From Fonticula alba ATCC 38817 (lineage: Eukaryota > Protista > Nucleariida): a stretch of 34,662 bases of DNA. Position 1 is the stretch's first letter; every line of letters starts with the position of its first letter. Below, piece by piece: positions 10,801 to 22,575 of the stretch. The notes beneath the pieces are model-generated. The model was not told the DNA's origin, ran no database searches, and saw nothing but the letters and a program-made list of their open reading frames with translations. The DNA lies in NCBI GenBank assembly GCA_000388065.2, contig KB932202.1; one strand, written 5' to 3'. The translations under genes were made by a program, and so were the position numbers.

Positions 10801-12398
10801 TCCTTCGCCCCTCCCCCGTGGTTTCGGCTCCGTGTGAGGTCCCTGCCTTTCCCGCCTCTCACATGTGTACGCCCTTCCCGCTGCTCGCGCCCCTGGCCCA
10901 ATGCGCCCCTTCTCTACATGGACACTCCCACCTGCCAGGTGAGCGACCTCTTCTTCGCGATCGTGCCAGCGGCTGTCGACTCTCGTCCCATGGCGATCCA
11001 GAGGCCCAGCTGAAGGGGCATTTGGCGCACTTTGTTGCGGCCACTCGCGTAAGCAAGGATACCCCCTGGTCCAAGTGGGACTGGGTATTGATTGGGGAAA
11101 TCTTCAAGGTGCCTGCTCTTTTGCCCCCTGGGGCCCACCCTCTCGTCTTTTGGGGGCTCGCTTTCCTCCCCCTCACATCTCCCCCCCCTTTTGTCCCCCC
11201 CCCCCCCTTTTACATTTTTCTGGCTCCCCCCCCCCCCCCCCCCCCCCCCCCCCCGCCTCCCCCGGCCGGCCGGCCTCATGCAGAGTTCTCTGATCACAGC
11301 CGAAAGCCTCGAGGGGGATGCGTCCCTCCGTTCCATGGTCAAGCAGATCTTGCACTTCCTCAGCCCCTGGAATCATATCTTCTCGGAAATCCCGCGCAAC
11401 TACCACGGCCCACTGGGTGGCCTGGACACGCCGCGTTTGCCCACCGGCCCGGGTGCTGGATCGCGCCTCAGCCAACAGTACGACACGGGAACCGGATCGA
11501 CAGCTCCAGGTGCCGGTGGCCCGCCGGTGGTTGTTCCAGGCATCGGCGGACGCATCGGCGGTCGGAATTCCTACCCCTCGTCGAGCGATGCTGTGTCCAT
11601 CCCCCGGCCGGCTGGAGCCGTTCCCTTCCCGATGATGAGCCCCTCCTCATCGTCCTTCTCCTCGTCTTCCAGGTCCTCGGCATCACGCTCGCCGAATGCC
11701 ACGTCAGCGGCCGACTCGCGCGGTGGATCTCCGCCATCCAACTTCACACAGACCTCCTGCAACTGTGTTTTGGTTCAGGCCAGCCTCATGCGCAGCACCA
11801 CAGTTCATCCGCATCCATTGGCCCCGGGGGTGGCGGTCAAGCCCGTCGCTCGGGCCTTCGGATCGGGACCATCGGATCCGCTGGCCTCAAGCGCCGGACA
11901 TCGGACATCGGCCGCGCCACCTGATGCCAGTACCGGTTCCCGAGTGACCTGGGGGAATCCCCCCCGGCGACTGTCGGTGTCGCGCTCCACCGACACGGAT
12001 CTCGGCGGGGCCGAGGCGTGCACTTCGCGCGATGGAGCCACCGGCAGTGGCTCCGCCCCGGCAAATGGCCACAATCCGACCGGCTGCCATGGGGCCTGGT
12101 TCTGCTCGAATTCCAATTGCTCACGTAGCCCACTGGGGGCCTGCACAGCCGAGATGTGTGCCGCCAGCGCGCCGATCCCCCTGGCCCCGGCGGCGTCGGT
12201 CGTTGTGCACAGCTCGCGAGTGTTTCTCGCGCGACTCGGCGCCACAGCGGCCGGTGCCGAGCTCGTTCATCAAAGTGGCTGGATGAAGGCCATGGTGGAG
12301 GTCCTGTCATTGGCCCGGAATGCCACCGATTGGCGCTTCGAGAGTGCCCAAAGCAACATCATCTTCCTGCCTGAGCGCATGTCCCAAACGCTGACCGG
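5310..12398 (+). CDS. RICTOR: RICTOR/AVO3 (TORC2 scaffold) homologue, 3'-partial. Exons 5310-5573, 5727-7165, 7310-7389, 7511-7668, 7956-8048, 8174-8397, 8497-9471, 9656-10755, 10939-11108, 11284-12398 (at least 1872 aa)
   Basis: Spliced translation gives RICTOR_N and RICTOR_M-like blocks in the expected order: LIRSLHK...EREQALRLVRAW; LVSTIISLAE...LRSISLASIFEMLLTNP; ALDRPEIRK; ILSLLRTWVGLM; ATLLLGEVLRLAENLLP; KWDWVLIGEIF; MVKQILHFLSPWNHIFSEI; IFLPERMSQTLTG. All introns are GT-AG with matching phases, most with a CTRAC-like branch point. The start codon is less certain. Confidence 0.9.
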
Positions 12399-12484
12399 GT
12401 GCGTGGGTGGCTTCGTCGTTGTTCATGATGCTTGTCATGGACTCCGCTCCTTTGTTTGTGTCCTCCTTTCTGCCCCCCCCCCCC

Positions 12485-13305
12485 NNNNNNNNNNNNNNNN
12501 NNNNNNNNNNNNNNNNNNNNNNNNNNNNNNNNNNNNNNNNNNNNNNNNNNNNNNNNNNNNNNNNNNNNNNNNNNNNNNNNNNNNNNNNNNNNNNNNNNNN
12601 NNNNNNNNNNNNNNNNNNNNNNNNNNNNNNNNNNNNNNNNNNNNNNNNNNNNNNNNNNNNNNNNNNNNNNNNNNNNNNNNNNNNNNNNNNNNNNNNNNNN
12701 NNNNNNNNNNNNNNNNNNNNNNNNNNNNNNNNNNNNNNNNNNNNNNNNNNNNNNNNNNNNNNNNNNNNNNNNNNNNNNNNNNNNNNNNNNNNNNNNNNNN
12801 NNNNNNNNNNNNNNNNNNNNNNNNNNNNNNNNNNNNNNNNNNNNNNNNNNNNNNNNNNNNNNNNNNNNNNNNNNNNNNNNNNNNNNNNNNNNNNNNNNNN
12901 NNNNNNNNNNNNNNNNNNNNNNNNNNNNNNNNNNNNNNNNNNNNNNNNNNNNNNNNNNNNNNNNNNNNNNNNNNNNNNNNNNNNNNNNNNNNNNNNNNNN
13001 NNNNNNNNNNNNNNNNNNNNNNNNNNNNNNNNNNNNNNNNNNNNNNNNNNNNNNNNNNNNNNNNNNNNNNNNNNNNNNNNNNNNNNNNNNNNNNNNNNNN
13101 NNNNNNNNNNNNNNNNNNNNNNNNNNNNNNNNNNNNNNNNNNNNNNNNNNNNNNNNNNNNNNNNNNNNNNNNNNNNNNNNNNNNNNNNNNNNNNNNNNNN
13201 NNNNNNNNNNNNNNNNNNNNNNNNNNNNNNNNNNNNNNNNNNNNNNNNNNNNNNNNNNNNNNNNNNNNNNNNNNNNNNNNNNNNNNNNNNNNNNNNNNNN
13301 NNNNN
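12485..13305. other. Assembly gap (821 N) containing the 3' ends of both RICTOR and the kinase
   Basis: N run flanked by C and G homopolymers. Both convergent genes enter it from an intron. Confidence 0.95.
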
Positions 13306-13463
13306 GAGATGGGTGGCGGGGGGGGGGGGGGGGGGGGGGAGAAAGGGGGAAAAAAAAGGGAGCGGAAGGGGGGGGGGGGGGGGGAGGGGAAGGGGTTGGG
13401 GGGGGGGGGGGGGGGAGGGGAAGGTCAAGGGAGACCGAGAGCGACAGAGTCCCACAGGCGTAC

Positions 13464-15717
13464 CCGGGCCTCGGTGAGAGAAGCACGATGAGCGGGGTTC
13501 TTGTTGAGAAGGCGTCGAAGGAAATCCACGCAGTCCTCATCGAGGTAGCTGGGGATGCACAGGCTTGAGGGGAGAACACAAAACCAGAAGCGTCAGTAAC
13601 ACAGACAGGAGGAGGATGGCAGATGGCCAAGAGGCGGGCGGAAAGAGTGATGAAGTTGGCCCATGCGTACGGGTTCTCCCGAATGGCGGTGAAGGTTGCC
13701 ACGATGTTGGACGCAGGGAAGGGCACTCGCCCGGTGAGGAAGCTAAACACACAAGCACCCATGGACCAAATGTCGGCGGACTTGGCGGAGAAGGTCTCAT
13801 CGGCGGCTTCACAAGTGTGCATGAGTCAGAGAACCAGCAGAGGCAAGCAGGGGATGCGAGGAGGAGCCACCAGAGGGGAGGGGGAGGGGGAGGGGGAGGA
13901 GCAGTTCGTACCCTTGGCACCACAAAGCTCCGGTGCCATGAAGGCAGGCGAGCCAGCTGACCGGCGAACCTGGTCCCCCTGGCCCGAATCGAACTCCTAT
14001 GTTGGTTTTTTTTGTCGGAAAGTGGCCAGGAGATGCGGTCGAAGGTCAGCGCCATGGAAGTGTGCCTTGGCCGAAGGGGGAGGAGCAAAAGCGAGAGAGA
14101 CCGGGCCAAAACAAAGAGCAAGGGTGTACATACCTCAGAGACACCGAAATCCGCGATCTTCAGCGTCCCATCGGCCATGACCAGCAGGTTCTCCGGCTTG
14201 AGATCGCGATGGGCAATGTCATTGTAATGGACTGTAGGTATGCATGCGTCCGGCAGGGGGCGAGGCAGGGAAATGGCAGGACAAATGGCATCAGCACGTC
14301 GAAAGGGACGGGGCAAGTTCGCAAGACACACAAAACGCACGATACTCCACGCCGAGGAGCAAGGCACGGGCCGACTGGCGTGCGACCTCCGGGTCGAGCG
14401 CCAGCTCACCGCGCGGCTCGTCAACAATCTCCACATGGTCCGGGGCGACTGCCTCACAGGGGACGGCGGAGATCACCGCCGGGTCAATCGCCACCGAGGA
14501 GACCTTGCGCATGACCGGACCATTGGAAGCATACTCCATGACTGATGGTGATAGGGGCGAGGGCGGTCATGAATGTGTGAGGAGGGGGGAGTGCAGGGAA
14601 GAGGAGGAGGAGGAGGAGGAGGAGGAGGGGAAAAGGGGCAAGGAAAAGACAAGCAAGCGTACCGACACAAAGGCGATCGGAATTGTCCGGCTCCAGAACC
14701 TCCACAATCCGCACGGCGTTCGGATGATGGATCTTCTTCATAATGGCGATCTCCCGGCGGACCATGTCCAATCCGTCGGTGTCTTGCGGCGAAAGGGACA
14801 TCGGCGTGCCGAAGGGCGACAGGGGGGGCGCTGGGGCATTGGGCGCGGTGGCGGTGGGCCGTGGAGGCGGACGCTACGCGGGTGTCGAAGCGAGTGTGTG
14901 TATGTTTGTAAGTATGCGTGTGCGACAGAGAGAGGGAGCGAGAGGGGGAGCGAGAGAGAGAGAGAGAGAGGGCGAGAGAGAGAGAGAGAGAGAAAGAGCG
15001 AGGCTCAATGCTCGATAGGGGGAGGTGGGCCAGGAGGCATGTTCTAAATAGTGATGGAGGAAAAGTACACGTACCCGGAGGAGGGGCCGACCACCCGGGC
15101 CAGACCGAAGGCCGATGCCTGGACCACCGGTGGCCGAAACCGAAGCAGCAACACGCTTCTTCATGCGAGACTTCGAAATGACTTTCATGGCCTGAGAGAC
15201 GCATGACGCAGTCGCCAGAGCGGCGGAGGAGGATCTTTAGTTAGCAGACCAGAGCACAGGAGAACAGCAGCAAGGGTCCCCCCATCGGATGGGCCCTGGC
15301 CACAAGGATCGAGACAGAGGCCAAGGAAGGACGTACAAAAAGCTCGCTCTCCGGGGCCAAGCTATCCGCACGGGCGACCAGCTGCGCGCGCGAGAACGCC
15401 TCGGGGTCGTCGGGCGAGTGAGGGCAACGGCGTGCCGGGCTCGTTGGTGATCCAGGTGACGAGGGGCCCTCCTCGTCGCTGCTGGACCCGAAATCCGAAT
15501 CGCTGGACTCCGCGCATTGGCTGCAGGGAAACTCCGGCGAGGCCGGCGTCGACGTCGCCAAGGCATCGGAATCCACCAGACCAGAGAGGTCGGGCTCCTC
15601 GGTGGCCGGGGTCACCGCGCGCACCAGGTACACGGTGGCATGTGCGCCAGCACCGAGGGCCTTGACCACACGGTACTGGTTGAGGCGATCCCCAGGCTTC
15701 AAGTCAAAGCTGCTCAT
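13464..15717 (-). CDS. CaMKK/Ssp1/Sak1-family Ser/Thr kinase, 3'-partial. Exons 15717-15337, 15191-15075, 14873-14663, 14541-14341, 14231-14134, 13996-13912, 13806-13671, 13563-13464 (443 codons visible)
   Basis: Motifs present: LGAGAHATVYL, AMKVISKSRMKK, an Arg/Pro-rich insert before VRREIAIMKKIHHPN (CaMKK hallmark), IAHRDLKPENLL, KIADFGVS, SAGSPAFMAPEL and ADIWSMG. All splice phases are consistent. Confidence 0.9.
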
Positions 15718-16618
15718 TGTGTGAGAGGCGCGCAAGGCAGGGGGGGAGGGGATGCAGGAGAGAAAGGTAGAGTAGGGGATGGAGGGAGACGAGGGAGAAG
15801 GGGGAAGAGAGAGAGAGAGAGAAAGAAAGAGAGAGCGGGACAGAGCAGAGGGAGGGGAAGGAGGGGGGTGCCTGCTGGTTTTCGTTGCCTACCCCCCTTG
15901 TCCTGGGCCCCGAAATTGGGTCCTGCCTGGACTCGAGGGAGGAAGACCAGGGGCGAAGAGAAGGAGCACGCCATCTCGGCCCCCACCCCCGCCTTCTTTG
16001 GCCTCCCCGCTTGCCAGTCTCTCGGAGTGTTGTTTGGGACGCCTGCCGCGGATCGTTGGCAGTTGGATGGCGATCATCGTCCCGTCCCCCGGGGATGGGC
16101 CGCCGCCCGGCGTTTGCCGTGTGAGCGCGAACACACCATCGATTGCCCCGTCTACTCGTCTTTGCTCTCTCTCTCTCTCTCCCCCCCTCCCCCTGCCCTT
16201 CGGGCCTCGGCTTTGGCCCGGCTGGTCGTGAAAAGCATGCCAGAGGTCCGCCGGAGCCCTCTCGGGGCAGGTGATGGTCCAGGCGCCGGCATCCCCCTCG
16301 CGGCGACATCCGTCCTCAGTGCCAGCAGTGTCACTTCGCCGCCCGGGCTATGGGAGGATGGGGACGGGCAGCCCGACTGCATGTATTTTGCTTGTGGCTT
16401 CGTCCCTTCCTCTGCCCCCCTCTCTCGGTGTCTCACCCTTTCCCTCGGCATGTGCGCATAGATGAGAAAGCAGCTCCCCCGGAGTACCGGCTGTTGCTCG
16501 TCCGAATCCAAGGAGGGAAACCGCAGGGAAGCAGGACATGAACACACGTGCATATGCATGTGTTTATATATATATATATGTATATGTGGCTATGCAGAAA
16601 AAAAACCCTCCCGATGGC

Positions 16619-17121
16619 TCAACCCAGCAGAGCCATGACCAAAAAGAAAAGCACCAGCGAGGAGACAATGAAATCTAGCATAGCACGCTGCGGGGTGAGC
16701 GGCTGGCTAACCCGGAGATCGATGGACTTGTCCTCCGGCAGGAGCTGCCCGGACTTGAGACGATTGGCACGGGAGAGCTGTGACCGGAGAATGGCTGGAC
16801 AGAGCCAAGACGGGCGGGAGATTGCGTCAGCCACCGGCGGATGGGAGGAGCCGGGTGGAGAAAGAAAGGAAAGAAGAGAACGGAAGGAAAAGGGGGGGGG
16901 GGGATATTGGAAATCCCACACGCACCACCAAGCACTGAGCACCCGGCGCAACCAAAGATCCCGGCCAGCAGAGCGTTAAAGGGGAAGGTTCCCCAGATGG
17001 CGCCGTATGCCAGTTGTCCGACAACCAGCAGAAAACCAAGGACAATGTAGACGTCCAGGACGACGAATCGGCGGTCGAGCAAGGACGCCCGGTAAAGTGA
17101 GACCAGGCTGGACGAGGGCAT
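16619..17121 (-). CDS. DAD1: Oligosaccharyltransferase subunit DAD1/OST2, 123 aa. Exons 17121-16926, 16794-16619
   Basis: It reads LDVYIV...QLAYGAIWGTFPFNALLAG...VLGAILRSQL...TPQRAMLDFIVSSLVLFFLVMALLG*, matching the DAD family pattern. The intron has a GTGCGT donor, GCTGAC branch point and CAG acceptor. Confidence 0.92.
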
Positions 17122-18152
17122 GGTCGCAGCGGGAGGGAAAGAGAGCGCGAGAAGGAGGCAGGGCAGGAGAGGAGGGGGAGATTTCGTGGCAACTGGTTAC
17201 CGTCCCTGTCCCGGGGTGTCAGAAGTTCCGAGAGTGGCCGCTTTTCGGCCTCGGCGCCGGGCAGAAAATGCCCCCCCCCCCCCCCCCTCTTCCGGTCCTT
17301 TATTGGCAATTGTGAACAGTTGTCCATCCCCGGCCTCGCGTTGGCCCCTCCACGGATCGGGTCTCAATTTGAACCACTTGCTGGCGGCCTGCCAGCCAGA
17401 CTGCCGGAACAGCAACTGGACACACTCTGCGGCCTGGCCGCCCGGGGGGGGGGGGGGGCAAAAGGGGACACTTGCGAGAAATTCGAAACTCGCCCGACTC
17501 AGGTGATCCAAGAATTCATCCACGCGCCAACTTAACCGGATGTCCAATGGTTCCTCGCAAGACCACAATATCACCCGGTCGGTGGTTGAACATGCGTTAA
17601 ATGACCCGGCAGTCGGCGCCTGAAAATTTCGCCTTGCCCCACCGAAGAGGCGCGCAGGGGGGGGGGGGGGNNNNNNNNNNNNNNNNNNNNNNNNNNNNNN
17701 NNNNNNNNNNNNNNNNNNNNNNNNNNNNNNNNNNNNNNNNNNNNNNNNNNNNNNNCAGGCCGGCACGTAAGCATTCGCCCGCCCGGGGGGCGGGGTGGAA
17801 GGCTGCCAAAAAACATCGGCCCCTGCTCTCTGACCAGCGATCTAGACGGCTTCCGGTGCATCCCCCCTCCCCGCCCGCCCGCCCGCCCGACGGACATGCC
17901 CTGCAGGCAAGGGGAGCCAGGCTCCCGGCCTCTCCGAGGGAGAATCCCCGGCGCAGGAATGAAATCTGTCAGGTCCCTCTCATGAAAAGGTCGGAGTCAA
18001 GCTAGACAGGAGCGTCATCGCCGGGGTCCCGGGTTCCGAGGGGGTGAAGGAAGCAAGGAAGTCCACTCACCGCAGACGCACCGAGGTGATTCCTCGTGAA
18101 TTGGTTGCTGGCCATTCCTCCTCAGCCCGGGGCCTGATCAGGTCCAGAAGAA

Positions 18153-18190
<38 letters not shown>

Positions 18191-18430
18191 CCACCACCTG
18201 GCATCCTCGGGGGGCATACGTAAGCCCGGCGCCTCTCGGTCGGTCGGACGGAAAGCGGCCAATTGTGCTCTCAAGTGCCTGCTCAGCAATGTCCAGCTGC
18301 TCATGGTAAAACATCCCCTCCCCCCTGCCTCCGGCACTCCTCACTTCCCTGGCACCACAATTTTCCCGCCCTCTCCTCGTCATCCCCGCTCGTGCGCCAC
18401 CGAGAAGGGAGCCGCCCACCTTCCCGCACC
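17122..18430. promoter_or_regulatory. Divergent (head-to-head) intergenic region between DAD1 and the methyltransferase
   Basis: Inferred from the orientation of the ATGs at 17121 (-) and 18431 (+). It contains C and G homopolymers, a (CT)n tract near 18149-18186 and an 85-N gap. No specific motif was identified. Confidence 0.4.
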
Positions 18431-19994
18431 ATGTCACTCCTCAATATCTCCGCCTCCCAGGGCATCTTTCGCTGGGCCATCGACATCCTGTTTGCTTGGC
18501 TTTGGACCTACCTCGGTGTGATGGCCGACAAGTCTGCTCGCCATGTGAAGCAGGTTGTCTTCCCCCTGGCCAAGGGCAAGGTGCGTCACTCCCGGAGTCC
18601 CCTCGGTCTCGGGCTCCCCCGCTTGGAGCGCATACTGACTTGCCTGTCCCATGTCGCAGGTCCTCGAAGTTGGCCCCGGGTTTGGCCCGAACTTCGGATA
18701 CTACAACAAGGACAACATCACCGAGCTCCACCGTACGTACATGCTGAGGGGGGAAGGGGTCCCAGGCTCTGGCTGCCGCATGCGCCAACATTTTCCGGTT
18801 CCCCTCGTCCTCCCGTGTATCTGGTGGGGCTTGTATATCTTGCTGCCTCGCTCATCACCATCATCCTCACCACCACCACCACCACCGCCACCACCGCCGC
18901 CGTCGTCGCCGCCGCCGCCGCCATTGCACTGGCCATCAGTGATTGAGCCCAACAAGGGCATGATCGGCAAGCTCAAGGCCAACGCCGCGAAGGCGGGCTT
19001 CACCAATGCCAAGGTCACCAACTGTGCGTCGAGTCCCCCAATACATACCCTGTTTGTCCGCCCTTCTCTCGATGCCCTTCTTACCCACTTCCGACCCATG
19101 TGTCATCTAGCCACCATCGAGGCTGTTCCACTGGAGAATGGCCAGTATGACACCATCGTACGTGGATGAAACACCTCTTCGCCGGGCTTCCGCCAGCCGG
19201 GAACTCGCACACAAGTAGCCATCCAGCCCCCCCCCCCCCTCCCCCCCTCAAAGAAAACGGCAGCTCTCATCCCTGACATCCAAACATAAAACGCCATCTC
19301 CGCTGGCTCCCACCCTGCTCCCGACGTCCAGATCTGCTGCCTCGTCCTCTGCTCTGTCGATTCGGTCCAGGAGGTGGTCAACAATCTGTACCGCTCGCTG
19401 AAGCCCGGCGGCCGGCTGATCTTCATCGAGCATGTCCAGGCCTCGGCCGGGTCTTACGGCAACCAGTTCGGCCCGGTGGTTGTGGCCTTCTGGAAGTTCG
19501 TGCAGAACATGCTTACGGTACGCAAGCCGATGCGTCAGAACAGCCCTGACCTGCACCTCCCCCCTCCCCCCTCCCCCCTCTTCCTCGCCTCGCCTCGCCT
19601 TGCCTTGCCTCGCCCGTGTGTCCTTTCTCTTGCCAGAAACTGACACCAGCTTTTGCTTGCGCCTCCACCGCCCTCTCCCACTTGCTCAATATGCTGCTAT
19701 GTGTGGCGAAATATGCAGCCCTTCTGGCGCACATTCACCGGGCACTGCCATGTGAACCGCCCGTCGGACCAGCTGCTCATTCACCGCTTTGCCTGGGACC
19801 AGGTGTACACCTCGAGCCTGTCGGCTCCGGCCGCCGAGTTTGAGGCCCTCTCGCGCCGGATTATGTCCGATTTCCCGGCCGAGATGAGCCAGCTCTCCAG
19901 TGTTCCCGTGGCGGAGCCGTCGCAGATGCCGGTCTTCATGCGCCGCCTGACCCCGAATGTGTGGGGTCTGCTGGTGAAGCCATACATTCGTTAG
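18431..19994 (+). CDS. Class I SAM-dependent methyltransferase, METTL7/TMT1-like, 271 aa. Exons 18431-18580, 18660-18732, 18940-19023, 19111-19157, 19332-19517, 19719-19994
   Basis: It has a hydrophobic N-terminal anchor (IFRWAIDILFAWLWTYL), motif I VLEVGPGFGPNF, IEPNKGM, YDTIICCLVLCSV, LKPGGRLIFIEHV and PFWRTFTGHCHVNR. Five GT-AG introns have matching phases. Confidence 0.88.
18868..18922 (+). repeat. Compound (CAC)n/(GCC)n trinucleotide repeat inside methyltransferase intron 2
   Basis: Read directly from the sequence. Confidence 0.85.
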
Positions 19995-20014
19995 CTCAAC
20001 CGAGCTCCAACCTC

Positions 20015-20040
20015 GCCGCTGCCGCTGCCGCTGCCGCTGC
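20015..20040 (+). repeat. (GCCGCT)4 hexamer repeat downstream of the methyltransferase stop
   Basis: Read directly from the sequence. Confidence 0.85.
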
Positions 20041-20587
20041 CAATGTGGATGCCCGTAGCGAATGGTTTCGCTTGCTCCCTCTTCCCCTCCCCCTCCGAGA
20101 ATAATCAATACACATTGACTCCTGCGCTGCTCTCCTGCGAGAGCACGAGCATGTTTTTGCTTGCCCACTCTTTTCTGTGGTCCAACAAGTGTGTTGCTTT
20201 GGTGGCTCTCTAAAGACACCCAGGCAATATATGTTGGGTGGTGTGATGGATGGCGGGGCTGGCTGGTGGGTGGCTTGTTTGATTGGCTATTATTCGCTTG
20301 ATTGGTGGGCAGAGTGAGGGGTGGGGGGAGGGAGAGAGAGAGAGAGGAGAAGGAGCTACGCCAGGGCGCGCGACAAAGTGTGAGGGGGGAAGATGATCAG
20401 CGTGCGCCGCACTGCGGAGCGCTCTGGGTAGAAGAGGAACGGTGTGTGGGGGGGGGGGGGGGCACAAAACACGGAGATGCGTCCTCGGACGCCTTCATTG
20501 AAGCAGAGGGAATAAGGGACGGCGCAGAGGAAGGAAGGGACAAAGGGGGGAGGGGGGGCGAAAGGGTATGGGGGACCGGCCCCCACA

Positions 20588-22575
20588 TCAAAGGAGGCTA
20601 TCCATACGCCCAAAGACCGACAGTACCCCGGCCATGATCTCTGACCCGGGAGCAGAGCCAGCTAGCGGCCGGTCGCCAATGCGGCCATACTCGTCGAGGA
20701 TCTCATCGGCCCGGAGAAAGCAGGCGTCCTTGTGGGAAGAGGGCAGATGCGCCAGAGCTGGGAAAAGGGGAAGGGAACGGGCAGAGGGGGAGCGAGTGTC
20801 AGGTATATCGACAACCGAAGAGGACATTTTGAAGAAGAAGGAGGGCAGGATGAGAAGAGGAAGAAGCACGGCAGAGCCCGGCAAAGAAGGAGAGGGGGTG
20901 GGCAAATGCCACCTGACAGGCTGAGGCCGCACCGTTTTCAAGGACATTTGCCGCGTAGGCAGCGCAAACCAGGGCAATAGTCCTCCGATCGGGCCGGATC
21001 GTGCGACTGAGAGATGGGCGAGGAGGGGAAAATAAAGCAAAAGACAGGCCGAGGATATTACGNNNNNNNNNNNNNNNNNNNNNNNNNNNNNNNNNNNNNN
21101 NNNNNNNNNNNNNNNNNNNNNNNNNNNNNNNNNNNNNNNNNNNNNNNNNNNNNNNNNNNNNNNNNNNNNNNNNNNNNNNNNNNNNNNNNNNNNNNNNNNN
21201 NNNNNNNNNNNNNNNNNNNNNNNNNNNNNNNNNNNNNNNNNNNNNNNNNNNNNNNNNNNNNNNNNNNNNNNNNNNNNNNNNNNNNNNNNNNNNNNNNNNN
21301 NNNNNNNNNNNNNNNNNNNNNNNNNNNNNNNNNNNNNNNNNNNNNNNNNNNNNNNNNGGGGGGAGGCAAAAGAAGCTGGCTTTCGCATGTGCGGGCCTTG
21401 AAAAGCAACGAACCGCATCAAACAATCAACCAGCCGCGTGATGACCAGCTGCTTGGCCGCGCGATCGGACAAAGGGTGCGTGGCAGTGTCGAACAGAAGG
21501 AAGCCAGTGCGCGACGTCCGGAGGACGCCCTTATCCACGAGGGACTTTTGCACACGCTCGCGGACCTGCTTCAGCTGGTAGCCCATGCGCAGCAGGTGCC
21601 ACGTCTCGCCGGACAGGTAATCCATCCAGTCAGCAATGCTGGCGGTCTCCGAGAGGATGTGTCGAGTGGCCTCATCGAGGAGGACATCGCCAGTGGGCTT
21701 TGGGGGAGGGAGCACGCATGTGTGTATGTGTGTATGTGTGTGTGTGTGCGTGTGCGTGATAGAGAGGGAGATGGTGAGAAGGGGGGAGAGGGGGAGGGGG
21801 GATGGGGGGGAAGGGGGAAACAAAGCCCGGGAAGCACAATAGAAAAGCGGGCGCATGCGAGCCTCACCCCTGTGAGGGGTGGGAGTAGCCGCGGTCTCTT
21901 GGCAAAAGAACACGCACAGTCCGGTCGATGACCTCTATGCAGCGCTCGGGGAAAGCGCGCCGGCGGGAATCCTTGGTGGTATCAATCCGCCCGCGGAAGC
22001 TCAGCTCAAGCAGGATACACCCACGAAGGACGTATGAAATGTTGTCATTCCACCAGGAGAGATAGCCCTGCGCATGATGACGCCATCAGCCAGATGGGGC
22101 GGCAACAGCGGTGGCGGTAGTGGTGGTGGGAGGGAGAGACAGAGAGAGAGGAGGAGGAGGAGGAGGGGGGGAGGGGCACAAGATTAGGAGCTCCTCAAAG
22201 TACATGGCGGTAAGAGGTCATACTCTGTGCCTAGGCAAAAATATACACATGTATATGTATGTGCGTGTGCGTGTGTGTGTGTGAATGACAGGAGTCAAAG
22301 GATGCACATGTGCGTACCTCCTCGTCCTTCAGCCCCAGGAGGACCACCTCCTCCAGGAGGGTGAGCTTAATCCGCTTATTGGCATCCAGATCGTTGCCGT
22401 CGTCAAAGAGATCGACATCCTCGTCGGGCGAGGTGGCCGAGCTGGACTCAAAGTGCATCGGCCCTCCGGGGGCGCCAGACCCCTGCGAGATGGTGGAGTC
22501 TCCCCCGTGGACGGAGCTGCCAGAGGCCGAGGCCCCGGCATTCCCCCGGCGGCGCTGGACCAAGCCGGTGGTCAT
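20588..22575 (-). CDS. GOLPH3: Golgi phosphoprotein 3 / Vps74, 311 aa. Exons 22575-22318, 22067-21918, 21697-21414, 21006-20933, 20757-20588
   Basis: It has the N-terminal LVQRRRG basic motif, [81 protein letters not shown] and [14 protein letters not shown]. Intron 3 spans a 295-N gap, but the phases still match. Confidence 0.95.

Noticed and set aside
11092-13822. Long ORFs spanning N runs (also near 20588-21931, 22231-24205, 30353-33652)
   Set aside because: Their lengths are artefacts of translating Ns as X. Only the segments assigned to exons are supported.
15760-16560. Possible small plus-strand gene between the kinase and DAD1 (for example MPEVRRSPLG..., 16239-16461)
   Set aside because: There is no homology or supporting splice pattern. 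The region must also hold the DAD1 3' end and the kinase promoter.
19992-20213. Stop-codon readthrough of the methyltransferase (TAG-C followed by an open frame)
   Set aside because: TAG-CTC is not a strong readthrough context, and the extension is a (GCCGCT)n-derived low-complexity sequence typical of a UTR.
22068-22317. Intronic snoRNA candidates in the longer introns (GOLPH3 intron 1, methyltransferase intron 4)
   Set aside because: No convincing paired C/D boxes with a terminal stem, and no H/ACA hairpins, were seen by eye. An Infernal search would be needed.
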